The notes under the pieces were generated by a model. The model saw nothing but the letters and a program-made list of their open reading frames with translations, was not told the origin of the DNA and made no database searches. A stretch of 47,939 bases of DNA from a virus. Taxonomy: Duplodnaviria > Heunggongvirae > Uroviricota > Caudoviricetes. Each line of letters begins with the position of its first letter. Position 1 is the stretch's first letter. Both the position numbers and the translations under genes were made by a program. Below are positions 28,534 to 36,763 of this stretch, piece after piece. The stretch is from IMG/VR virus record IMGVR_UViG_2802429228_000006; one strand, 5' to 3'.

Positions 28534-29184
28534 ATGAGCCTGAGTCCCGCACGGCAGCATCGCCTGCGCGTTCAGGCTGAACAGGCCGCCCGCGAGGGCG
28601 GCAGCGTTCGCCACGCGTCGGGCTATGACCTGATGCTGCTGCAACTGGCGGAAGACCGCCGCCGTCTCAAGGGCGTTCAGTCCACGGTCAAAAAAGCGGA
28701 AATCAAGGTGGAGCTGCTGCCGAAGTACGCCGCCTGGGCGGAGGGTGTCCTGGCTGCCGGAGGCGCTCAACAGGATGACGTGCTGATGTACGTGATGCTG
28801 TGGCGCATTGATGCCGGAGATTATGCCGGGGCGCTGGAGATCGGGCGTCACGCCCTGCGTCATGGCTGGGTGATGCCGTTAGGTAACCGCAACGTGCAGA
28901 CCGTGCTGGCAGAGGAAATGGCAGATGCAGCCCAGAGCGCAATGCTTGCCGCCACCGGCTTTGATGCCGATCTGTTGCTGAAGACCCTGGAGCTGACAGA
29001 CGGTATGGATATGCCGGACCAGTCACGGGCGCGTCTGCATAAAGCGATTGGCGCTGTCCTGAGTGAAAGAAATCCGGCGTCTGCCCTTAATCATCTCAAC
29101 CATGCGTTACAGCTCGATCCCCGCTGTGGCGTGAAAAAAGACAAACAGCAGCTAGAGCGCAGACTGCGCAATGACAGCCGCTGA
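28534..29184 (+). CDS. M: Terminase small (endonuclease) subunit (P2 M homolog)
   Basis: 216 aa, in the P2 M position. Confidence 0.85.
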   Translation: MSLSPARQHRLRVQAEQAAREGGSVRHASGYDLMLLQLAEDRRRLKGVQSTVKKAEIKVELLPKYAAWAEGVLAAGGAQQDDVLMYVMLWRIDAGDYAGALEIGRHALRHGWVMPLGNRNVQTVLAEEMADAAQSAMLAATGFDADLLLKTLELTDGMDMPDQSRARLHKAIGAVLSERNPASALNHLNHALQLDPRCGVKKDKQQLERRLRNDSR

Positions 29185-29279
29185 CAGAACGTGCCCCCGC
29201 GCACGGGCGGCACGGGGTGGCGAAAGGCACTGCCACATCAAAACCCCGTCCACCGCCCTCTATTTCAGGAGAAAGCAGC

Positions 29280-29744
29280 ATGAAGTTTGTTGCGCCAGAA
29301 CAGGCACCGGAACAGGCGGAAATCATCAGGAATACGCCGTTCTGGCCTGATGTGGACCTGTCGGAGTTTCGCAGTGTGATGCGCACTGACGGCACGGTGA
29401 CGCAGCCGCGTTTAAAACAGGTTGCCCTGTCGGCAATTTCGGAGGTCAACGCAGAGCTGTATGAGTTTCGCAGACGCCAGCAGATGCTGGGGTATGCCTC
29501 GCTGGCAGAAGTCCCGGCGGAACAACTGGACGGCAAAAGCGAGCGCATTCAGCACTATTTCAACGCGGTTTACTGCTGGGCACGCGCCATGCTCAACGAA
29601 CGTTACCAGGACTATGACGCCACGGCATCCGGTGCGAAGCGAGGCGAGGAACTGGCGGAAGCAAGCGGTGATTTATGGCGTGACGCCCGCTGGGCCATCA
29701 GCCGGGTGCAGGATGCGCCGCACTGCACAGTGGAGCTTATCTGA
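29280..29744 (+). CDS. L: Head completion/stabilisation protein (P2 L homolog)
   Basis: Start MKFVAPEQ with an AGGAGA RBS; the track's upstream start at 29217 is not RBS-supported. Confidence 0.8.
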   Translation: MKFVAPEQAPEQAEIIRNTPFWPDVDLSEFRSVMRTDGTVTQPRLKQVALSAISEVNAELYEFRRRQQMLGYASLAEVPAEQLDGKSERIQHYFNAVYCWARAMLNERYQDYDATASGAKRGEELAEASGDLWRDARWAISRVQDAPHCTVELI

Positions 29745-29947
29745 TGAAAGTGCGTGCGCATCAGTATGACACGGTGGACGCACTTTGCTGGCGTCATTAC
29801 GGGCGCACGCAGGGTGTCACGGAGCAGGTACTGAAGGCAAATCCGGGGCTTGCCGAATACGGCCCCTTTTTACCTCACGGGCTGCAGGTGGAGCTGCCGG
29901 ACATTCCGACAACCACCACCGTGCAGACCGTCCAGCTATGGGACTGA
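29744..29947 (+). CDS. X: Tail protein X (LysM-like)
   Basis: 67-aa P2 gpX-like protein. Confidence 0.8.
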   Translation: MKVRAHQYDTVDALCWRHYGRTQGVTEQVLKANPGLAEYGPFLPHGLQVELPDIPTTTTVQTVQLWD

Positions 29948-29950
29948 ATT

Positions 29951-30166
29951 ATGACGCTTGAGCGAATCAGCGCCTTTATCACGTATTGCATCGCCGTCGT
30001 GCTGGCCTGGCTGGGCGATTTGTCCATCAAGGATGCCTCAACGCTGGGCGGCCTGATGATCGGTGTGCTGATGCTGGCTATCAACTGGTACTACAAACAC
30101 AAAGCCTACCAGCTTCTGCGCGACGGGCAGATCTCGCGGGAGGACTATGAATCCATCAATCGTTAA
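29951..30166 (+). CDS. Holin (class II, two TMDs; possible pinholin)
   Basis: 71 aa with two hydrophobic helices and a charged C-terminus, immediately upstream of a SAR-type endolysin. Confidence 0.65.
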   Translation: MTLERISAFITYCIAVVLAWLGDLSIKDASTLGGLMIGVLMLAINWYYKHKAYQLLRDGQISREDYESINR

Positions 30167-30659
30167 ACGCTGCCTTGTCGGGGCCGTGCTGGCTATTGCT
30201 GCCACGCTGCCGGGGTTTCAGCAGCTTCACACCTCCGAGGAGGGACTGAAACTGATCGCTGATTATGAAGGCTGTCGTCTGCAGCCGTATCAGTGCAGCG
30301 CGGGTGTCTGGACCGACGGCATTGGTAATACGTCGGGCGTCATTCCCGGCAAAATTATTACGGAACGACAGGCAGCTGAAGGGCTGATCTCCAACGTGCT
30401 ACGAGTGGAGCGGGCGTTGGAAAGGTGTGTGAAGCAACAGCCGCCGCAGAAGGTGTATGACGCTACGGTGTCGTTTGCCTTCAACGTGGGGACGGGCAAT
30501 GCCTGTAGTTCCACGCTGGTGAAATTGCTCAATCAGCGGCGCTGGGCGGATGCATGCCGACAGTTGCCGCGCTGGGTTTATGTGAAAGGTGTTTTTAATC
30601 AGGGGCTGGATAACCGCCGTGCGCGGGAGATGGCCTGGTGTTTACAGGGAGCAAACTGA
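30147..30659 (+). CDS. SAR endolysin (T4-lysozyme-like muramidase with N-terminal signal-arrest-release domain)
   Basis: Gly/Ala-rich weak TMD (LVGAVLAIAATLPG) followed by catalytic E...D...T spacing (SEEG...CSAGVWTDGIGNT), as in P1 Lyz / phage 21 R. Confidence 0.8.
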   Translation: MNPSIVKRCLVGAVLAIAATLPGFQQLHTSEEGLKLIADYEGCRLQPYQCSAGVWTDGIGNTSGVIPGKIITERQAAEGLISNVLRVERALERCVKQQPPQKVYDATVSFAFNVGTGNACSSTLVKLLNQRRWADACRQLPRWVYVKGVFNQGLDNRRAREMAWCLQGAN

Positions 30660-30660
30660 A

Positions 30661-31038
30661 ATGAAAAAGAAATTAATCAGCGGACTGTTTCTGATGTTAT
30701 GGATGGCGCTGTTAATCGCAGCAATGGTGTATCCGCAGGGGATTTTTCCGGTACTGGCAGCGTCCGGCGTTTGGGTAGCCTGTTTGCTGACATGGGCGGT
30801 AATTCCGGTAGCACTGGCTGCGTTAATTAAGAATGGCCCGCTCTGGCAGGAGTTAAGGGCATCTTTGCTGAAGACAATTACTCGAAAAGAAAACGTATTT
30901 ACCAGTTGGGTGATGCGATTGCTGATTGTTGTAAGTCTCGCCTGGACGGGGTGGGCTATTACCCTGGTCTTTTATCTACTGACCGTTATTGCCTTCTGGA
31001 TCACCCGTAATCAGATGGCGCAACAGGTAGCAGCATGA
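30661..31038 (+). CDS. LysA-like membrane protein (lysis regulator)
   Basis: Multi-TM 125-aa product starting MKKKLISGLFL; lies between the endolysin and the spanins. Confidence 0.5.
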   Translation: MKKKLISGLFLMLWMALLIAAMVYPQGIFPVLAASGVWVACLLTWAVIPVALAALIKNGPLWQELRASLLKTITRKENVFTSWVMRLLIVVSLAWTGWAITLVFYLLTVIAFWITRNQMAQQVAA

Positions 31039-31463
31039 ACCGGTTGCTGCTGGTTGTGCTGACGTTATTACTGGCGGCGCTGGGCTGGCAGACGTGGCGG
31101 CTGGCTGATGCCAGCCAGACCATCAGCACGCAGGCAGACGAGCTGCAGAGCAAAAGCCAGGCACTGGCAAAGAGCAATAGCCAGCTTATCAGCCTGTCCA
31201 TTCTGACTGAAACCAATAACCGGGAGCAGGCGCGGCTCTATGCCGAAGCAGAACAGACCAGCACGCTGCTGAGACAACGACAACACCGGATCGAGGAACT
31301 GAAACGTGAGAACGAGGATTTACGCCGCTGGGCTGATACTCCTTTGCCTGCTGACATTATCCGGCTGCGGAAACGTCCGGCACTCACCGGAGGTATGGCT
31401 TACCGTCAGTGGTTGTCCGCGAGTGACGCCGTGTCGGCTGGATCAGGCAACGCCGCGCACTAA
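31035..31463 (+). CDS. i-spanin (Rz/LysB-like)
   Basis: N-terminal TMD followed by coiled-coil periplasmic segments. Confidence 0.65.
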   Translation: MNRLLLVVLTLLLAALGWQTWRLADASQTISTQADELQSKSQALAKSNSQLISLSILTETNNREQARLYAEAEQTSTLLRQRQHRIEELKRENEDLRRWADTPLPADIIRLRKRPALTGGMAYRQWLSASDAVSAGSGNAAH

Positions 31464-31596
31464 CGGTGATCTGAACGCGTTGCTGGATGAAACGGAGGCC
31501 GCCTGGGCGGTCTGTGCAGACAAAGTGGACATGATTATTGCGTGTCAGGAGCGAAACAGTGAACAAACCACAATCCCTGCGCCACGCCCTCAATAA
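31306..31596 (+). CDS. o-spanin (Rz1/LysC-like lipoprotein), overlapping the i-spanin gene in another frame
   Basis: Lipobox LLTLSGC after a signal peptide; starts inside the i-spanin gene in the +1 frame (GTG start) and extends beyond it. Confidence 0.55.
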   Translation: MRTRIYAAGLILLCLLTLSGCGNVRHSPEVWLTVSGCPRVTPCRLDQATPRTNGDLNALLDETEAAWAVCADKVDMIIACQERNSEQTTIPAPRPQ

Positions 31597-31990
31597 AGCG
31601 GTGCCTTATGTCCGCAATAACCCGGACAAACTGCATCTGTTTGTGGATAACGGTTCGCTGGTTGCCACGGGGGCCAGCTCCATGTCGTGGGAGTACCGTT
31701 ACACACTGAACGCGGTGATTGAGGATTTCAGCGGCGACCAGAATCTGCTGATGGCCCCGGTTTTGCTGTGGCTGAGGGATAACCAGCCCGATGCCATCAA
31801 TAACCCGGCGTTACGGGAAAAGCTATTCACCTTTGAGGTGGATATTCTGCGCAACGATGTCTGTGATATCAGCCTGAACCTGCAACTGACGGAACGTGTG
31901 CTGGTCAGCACTGACGGCAGTGTGTCGAGCGTTGAAGCTATAGCGGAACCTGATGCACCTGAAGAAATGTGGACGGTGAAATGTGGCTGA
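31559..31990 (+). CDS. R: Tail completion protein (P2 R homolog)
   Basis: GTG start with an AGGAG RBS gives the N-terminus VNKPQSLRHAL, resembling P2 gpR (MLKPDSLRRAL). Confidence 0.7.
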   Translation: MNKPQSLRHALNKAVPYVRNNPDKLHLFVDNGSLVATGASSMSWEYRYTLNAVIEDFSGDQNLLMAPVLLWLRDNQPDAINNPALREKLFTFEVDILRNDVCDISLNLQLTERVLVSTDGSVSSVEAIAEPDAPEEMWTVKCG

Positions 31991-32441
31991 ACTGCAGAAG
32001 GTGGACGACTGGCTGAGTGCCTTGCTGGCGAATCTGGAACCAGCCTCGAGAAGCCGCATGATGCGCCAGCTGGCGCAGGAACTTCGCCGGACACAGCAGC
32101 AGAATATCAGGATGCAGCGCAACCCTGACGGCAGCAGCTATGAACCGCGACGGGTAACAGCACGCAGTAAAAAAGGCCGTATCAAACGTCAGATGTTTGC
32201 AAAGCTGCGCACCACAAAATACCTGAAAACTGCCGCCAGCGCCGACTCTGCCAGCGTGCAGTTTGAAGGTAAGGTACAGCGCATTGCCCGTGTTCACCAT
32301 TACGGTCTGCGTGATCGCGTCAGTCGCAAAGGACCGGACGTACGGTATGCAGAGCGGCGTTTGTTGGGTATTAACAATGATATTGAGAACAACGTTAAGA
32401 ATGTTTTTTATCAATGGTTAATTAATAACAATAAGCCGTAA
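31983..32441 (+). CDS. S: Tail completion / virion morphogenesis protein (P2 S homolog); last ~20 codons AT-rich
   Basis: 152-aa gpS-like protein; composition of the 3' end shifts abruptly to AT-rich. Confidence 0.8.
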   Translation: MAELQKVDDWLSALLANLEPASRSRMMRQLAQELRRTQQQNIRMQRNPDGSSYEPRRVTARSKKGRIKRQMFAKLRTTKYLKTAASADSASVQFEGKVQRIARVHHYGLRDRVSRKGPDVRYAERRLLGINNDIENNVKNVFYQWLINNNKP

Positions 32442-32466
32442 AAATTTTAGATTAAAAATAAGTTAT

Positions 32467-32493
32467 GAACGGGTGGCCTAGGAGGCCACCCGT
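32467..32493. terminator. Bidirectional terminator hairpin between convergent S and the AIPR-type gene
   Basis: aacgggtggcctaggaggccacccgtt, a 12-bp stem. Confidence 0.5.
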
Positions 32494-32496
32494 TAT

Positions 32497-34197
32497 TTAT
32501 TCAAGGTGATTTGAAAGAGTAATTAATGGCTCAATCGGTTGGAACGCTTTTAAGGATGTTAATATGTTTTTAACTTCCTTTGATACGATAGATAACGGGT
32601 TGTCTGTTACAGATAAGTAGGTGGTTAAATCTTGACCTGAAACACGGATAACATGTGGTAATATCGCAGTTATAACTGGTGTCCAAAGGTCGATTAAATC
32701 ATCCAGAGAGTTATTTTTAGATAATGCTGTATCATATTTATATTTTATTTTCTTCTTGTTCAAAGGTTTATCTGTTAATTCTTCAAGTATTTCTCCGATG
32801 ACGGATATTAAAAAGAATCGAGACTTTAAATTTTGGAGGAATAATAAGTTATCCTCATCTACTTTAATTTTATTCTCTTTTGCACGGATTTGAGATTTTA
32901 CTTTTTCTATAGCTTTTGAAATAGTGTAAGCACATAAAATATGCTGGGCTTTCGAATCATGAAAGGCATTGTCATAGGCTGATTTTGTATCGAAAACGTA
33001 GTTTTTACCTCTATTGGCGCTAACATAATCCCCATGTAACGCTATCAGCGGTTGAGCAACAGACTCAATGCCAAATAAAGAACCAGTATTTTCGAAGCCG
33101 CGTTTCAGTGAATATGTATAACCAAGAGTGGAAAATTCTTCTGCCACCTGTTTTTGTTCTGTGCTGTTAGAGTAGTGATCCCAGGTTGTAATATGATTCT
33201 GAGTATTATTATACTGGACTATTTTTTTTACTTTGTCCGCATCATTACATTCAATAACCTTACAAAGGACTTTTAGGCCATCTAATTTTTGTATATCTTG
33301 AACTGAACCAATAGAACCAGTGGTTTGAGCTCCATTTATGATTGAAACTCCTTCCAACAACCCTTTTTCTTTGTTGAATTTTGTTGTTAGGATTGATACA
33401 CCATTGTTAAAGACAAAGAAGTCTTTTGGGGATGTTTCTGCGGTATTCTTAATTGATGAGTTTATTTTTCTTCTCTTATTTAATCCCATGAACCCCCTAT
33501 AATTAGCAGAAAATAATTCTGCTCCATAATTTTTGTATAAATAATTTAGCCAAGTGCCGTTTGCAAAGCCAACATGTGAAGTCCAGCCATCACCTTGTAC
33601 AGAATTTATAAGTTCGCCATTGAACTTTATATTGTCAGTCACAACAATTTGTTGTGATAGCGCAATATACAATTTTTCAAGACTATTAACACCAAGTTCT
33701 CTGTAAGTTACCTCAATTTCTTTGTCTGCAAATCTACCTGCTAGATAGTCACGACAAGTTTCAAGCTCAGTTTTAACCTGCTCAGATTCGGCACAATTAT
33801 GGATATATAATAATTCAACAGCTTCAATTTCGTTATCATCAATTAATTTTCTAACCTCAGAAATTTTTGCTCTTAATTTTGCATTTGGAGACTCTCCTGA
33901 GCCTGCCATAATCCACGCTAAAGCAGTGTTTAAGTCAGAAGCTTTATTTGCAGGCGCAACTATTTTAAGTGCTTGCTGATTGCAGTAGTAACCCTGAGCA
34001 ATAAATAACGTTGAATTAATTACGGTAATGAAGTCTATTTTCTTATCGTTTCCACCATCAGTAAGTCCATCAGATGCTAGCTTATCAAAATCGGATTCAT
34101 CTAAGTAAAGACCTAATGACCATAAAAGATGTGCGTTACTAGTCCCGTACTTTTCTAACAGGGAAGTTTTATTTTGCAGTTGTCTTAAGTGTTCCAT
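32497..34197 (-). CDS. AIPR-type (abortive infection phage resistance) protein, 566 aa
   Basis: AT-rich ORF antisense to the tail genes; the conserved block ...GVSIINGAQTTGS... resembles the AIPR family. Confidence 0.65.
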   Translation of the reverse strand: MEHLRQLQNKTSLLEKYGTSNAHLLWSLGLYLDESDFDKLASDGLTDGGNDKKIDFITVINSTLFIAQGYYCNQQALKIVAPANKASDLNTALAWIMAGSGESPNAKLRAKISEVRKLIDDNEIEAVELLYIHNCAESEQVKTELETCRDYLAGRFADKEIEVTYRELGVNSLEKLYIALSQQIVVTDNIKFNGELINSVQGDGWTSHVGFANGTWLNYLYKNYGAELFSANYRGFMGLNKRRKINSSIKNTAETSPKDFFVFNNGVSILTTKFNKEKGLLEGVSIINGAQTTGSIGSVQDIQKLDGLKVLCKVIECNDADKVKKIVQYNNTQNHITTWDHYSNSTEQKQVAEEFSTLGYTYSLKRGFENTGSLFGIESVAQPLIALHGDYVSANRGKNYVFDTKSAYDNAFHDSKAQHILCAYTISKAIEKVKSQIRAKENKIKVDEDNLLFLQNLKSRFFLISVIGEILEELTDKPLNKKKIKYKYDTALSKNNSLDDLIDLWTPVITAILPHVIRVSGQDLTTYLSVTDNPLSIVSKEVKNILTSLKAFQPIEPLITLSNHLE

Positions 34198-34271
34198 TTA
34201 CCAAGCTTCTTTTTTGTTAATGAGATAACTCTCAATAATTTATAGATAGTAGTCGTTTTTTGCCAGTTGTT

Positions 34272-34289
34272 TGTGACAGCCGTGATACA
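34272..34289 (+). promoter_or_regulatory. Ogr/Delta activator site (TGT-N12-ACA) of a P_V-like late promoter
   Basis: tgtgacagccgtgataca about 50-65 bp upstream of V. Confidence 0.5.
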
Positions 34290-34335
34290 ACTATCAAAGC
34301 TACTTCTCAATTTTGAGATATAGCAGTCTATTTTC

Positions 34336-34914
34336 ATGAACACACAACTAACCGAAATCATGCGCCTTATCACCAACCTGATCCGCACTGGGGTAGTCAC
34401 CGAAGTGGACCGGGAAAACTGGCTTTGTCGGGTGAAAACAGGCGACTTAGAAACCAACTGGATCAGCTGGCTGACCCTGCGTGCCGGGAATGCCCGGACA
34501 TGGTGGCGACCATCGGAAGGTGAGCAGGTGGTGCTGCTGAGTCTGGGCGGCAATCTGGAGACCGCCTTTGCGCTGCCCGCTGTCTATTCGAATCAGTTCG
34601 CACCACCGTCGACGTCGGCGGACGCCTGCGTGACAGAACATCCTGACGGTGGCTGGTTTGAATACGAACCCGCCACCGGGCGCTGGTATGTCAGGGGCAT
34701 CAAATCCATGGTTATTGAGGCTGCCGACAATATCACCCTGAAAACCAGTGAGTTTGTGCTGGAGGCTGACCGCACGCGTATTAATAGTGAAGTAGTGATC
34801 AATGGCGGCGTTACCCAGGGCGGCGGTGCGATGAGTTCTAACGGGATCGTGGTTGATGCGCATCAGCATACTGGCGTCCTGAAAGGCGGCGATACAACCG
34901 GAGGCCCGGTATGA
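34336..34914 (+). CDS. V: Baseplate spike/assembly protein (P2 V homolog)
   Basis: 192-aa gpV-like protein. Confidence 0.85.
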   Translation: MNTQLTEIMRLITNLIRTGVVTEVDRENWLCRVKTGDLETNWISWLTLRAGNARTWWRPSEGEQVVLLSLGGNLETAFALPAVYSNQFAPPSTSADACVTEHPDGGWFEYEPATGRWYVRGIKSMVIEAADNITLKTSEFVLEADRTRINSEVVINGGVTQGGGAMSSNGIVVDAHQHTGVLKGGDTTGGPV

Positions 34915-35270
34915 CGCTTTATAGCGGGATGAACAATACCAGCGGTAAAGCCATTACTGATATTGACCATCTGCGCCAGTCGGTGCGGGACATTCTGCTG
35001 ACACCGCAGGGTAGCCGCATTGCTCGCCGGGAATATGGTTCCCTGCTGTCGGCACTGATAGATCAGCCACAAAATCCGGCATTACGCCTGCAGGTCATGT
35101 CGGCAGTGTATGTGGCGCTGAGTCGCTGGGAGCCACGGCTGATGCTGGATTCCATCACCATCAACAGCAATTTTGACGGTTCAATGATGGTGGAGCTGAC
35201 CGGGCGGCGGAATAACGGTGTACCTGTGTCCCTTTCCGTATCAACAGGAGCAGAGAATGGCAGTGATTGA
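34911..35270 (+). CDS. W: Baseplate protein (P2 W homolog, GPW/gp25 family)
   Basis: 119 aa. Confidence 0.85.
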   Translation: MTLYSGMNNTSGKAITDIDHLRQSVRDILLTPQGSRIARREYGSLLSALIDQPQNPALRLQVMSAVYVALSRWEPRLMLDSITINSNFDGSMMVELTGRRNNGVPVSLSVSTGAENGSD

Positions 35271-36165
35271 CCTTTCGCAGTTGCCTGCACCGCAGATTGT
35301 GGATGTGCCGGACTTTGAGACGCTGCTTGCCGAACGCAAGGCAGAATTTGTGGCGCTTCATCCGAAAGATGAGCAGGAAGCAGTGATCCGCACGCTGGAA
35401 CTGGAATCTGAACCCGTCACCAAATTGTTGCAGGAGAACGCTTATCGTGAGTTGCTTCTGCGCCAGCGCATTAACGAAGCCGCGCAGGCGGTGATGGCGG
35501 CTTATGCCATAGGGAGCGATCTGGACCAGCTCGCTGCCAATTACAACGTGAAACGCCTGACGGTGACGCCTGCTGATAATGACGCTGTGCCGCCCGTTGC
35601 GGCAGTGATGGAAAGTGATGAAGCGTTACGCCTGCGTGTGCCTGCAGCCTTTGAAGGGCTTTCAGTTGCGGGGCCAACTGCAGCTTATGAATTTCATGCC
35701 CGAAGCGCCGACGGTCGGGTGGCGGATGCCAGTGCAACCAGCCCGGCACCTGCAGAGGTGGTGCTGACTGTCCTTAGCCGCGAAGGCGACGGAACAGCAG
35801 AAAAAGACCTGCTGGATGTGGTGGAGAAAGCCCTGAACAGTGAGAACGTCCGCCCGGTGGCTGACCGTCTTACGGTTCGCAGCGCAGAAATCATCCCGTA
35901 CCGCGTGGAAGCCACCATTTTTCTCTATCCGGGGCCCGAAGCAGAGCCGGTAATGGCAGCGGCAAAAGCCAGCCTGCAGAAGTACATCGCCAGTCAGACG
36001 CGGCTTGGTCGGGATATTCGCCGTAGTGCCATTTTTGCCGCGCTGCATGTTGAGGGGGTTCAACGTGTGGAGCTGGCTTCACCGCTGGCTGATGTGGTCC
36101 TGAACAAAACACAGGCCGCATCATGTACGCAGTGGAGCGTAACCAACGGAGGAACGGATGAATAG
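35257..36165 (+). CDS. J: Baseplate assembly protein (P2 J homolog)
   Basis: Start MAVIDLSQLPAP with an AGGAG RBS, as for P2 J; the track's upstream start at 35218 is rejected. Confidence 0.85.
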   Translation: MAVIDLSQLPAPQIVDVPDFETLLAERKAEFVALHPKDEQEAVIRTLELESEPVTKLLQENAYRELLLRQRINEAAQAVMAAYAIGSDLDQLAANYNVKRLTVTPADNDAVPPVAAVMESDEALRLRVPAAFEGLSVAGPTAAYEFHARSADGRVADASATSPAPAEVVLTVLSREGDGTAEKDLLDVVEKALNSENVRPVADRLTVRSAEIIPYRVEATIFLYPGPEAEPVMAAAKASLQKYIASQTRLGRDIRRSAIFAALHVEGVQRVELASPLADVVLNKTQAASCTQWSVTNGGTDE

Positions 36166-36763
36166 TCTGCTGCCACCGGGTTCAACTTCACTGGAGCGCC
36201 GACTGGCGCAGACCTGTAGCGGGATTTCTGATCTGCAGGTGCCGCTGCGTGACTTGTGGAATCCGGCAACCTGTCCGGTCAGTTTCCTACCTTATCTCGC
36301 CTGGGCGTTCTCTGTGGATCGCTGGGATGAGGGCTGGACAGAAAGCGTCAAGCGCCAGGTGGTGAAGGATGCTTTTTATATTCATCAGCATAAAGGGACC
36401 ACCAGTGCCGTGCGGCGGGTGGTGGAGCCGTTCGGCTTTCTGATCCGCATTATTGAGTGGTGGCAGACCGGAGAGACACCGGGCACGTTTCGTCTGGATA
36501 TCGGCGTGCAGGACCAGGGCATCACTGAAGATACCTATCTGGAACTTGAGCGACTGATAAGCGATGCCAAACCATGTAGCCGTCACATGATCGGCATGTC
36601 CATCAACCTGCAGACCAGCGGCCCGCATTGGGTGGGAGCCGCCAGCTATCTTGGCGAAGAAATCACGATCTATCCGTATATCAACGAAACAATTATTTCC
36701 GGCGGCACCGCGCATGAAGGCGGGGCGGTCCATGTTATTGACACAATGAGAGTGAATCCATGA
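36158..36763 (+). CDS. I: Baseplate/tail protein (P2 I homolog)
   Basis: 201 aa. Confidence 0.8.
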   Translation: MNSLLPPGSTSLERRLAQTCSGISDLQVPLRDLWNPATCPVSFLPYLAWAFSVDRWDEGWTESVKRQVVKDAFYIHQHKGTTSAVRRVVEPFGFLIRIIEWWQTGETPGTFRLDIGVQDQGITEDTYLELERLISDAKPCSRHMIGMSINLQTSGPHWVGAASYLGEEITIYPYINETIISGGTAHEGGAVHVIDTMRVNP

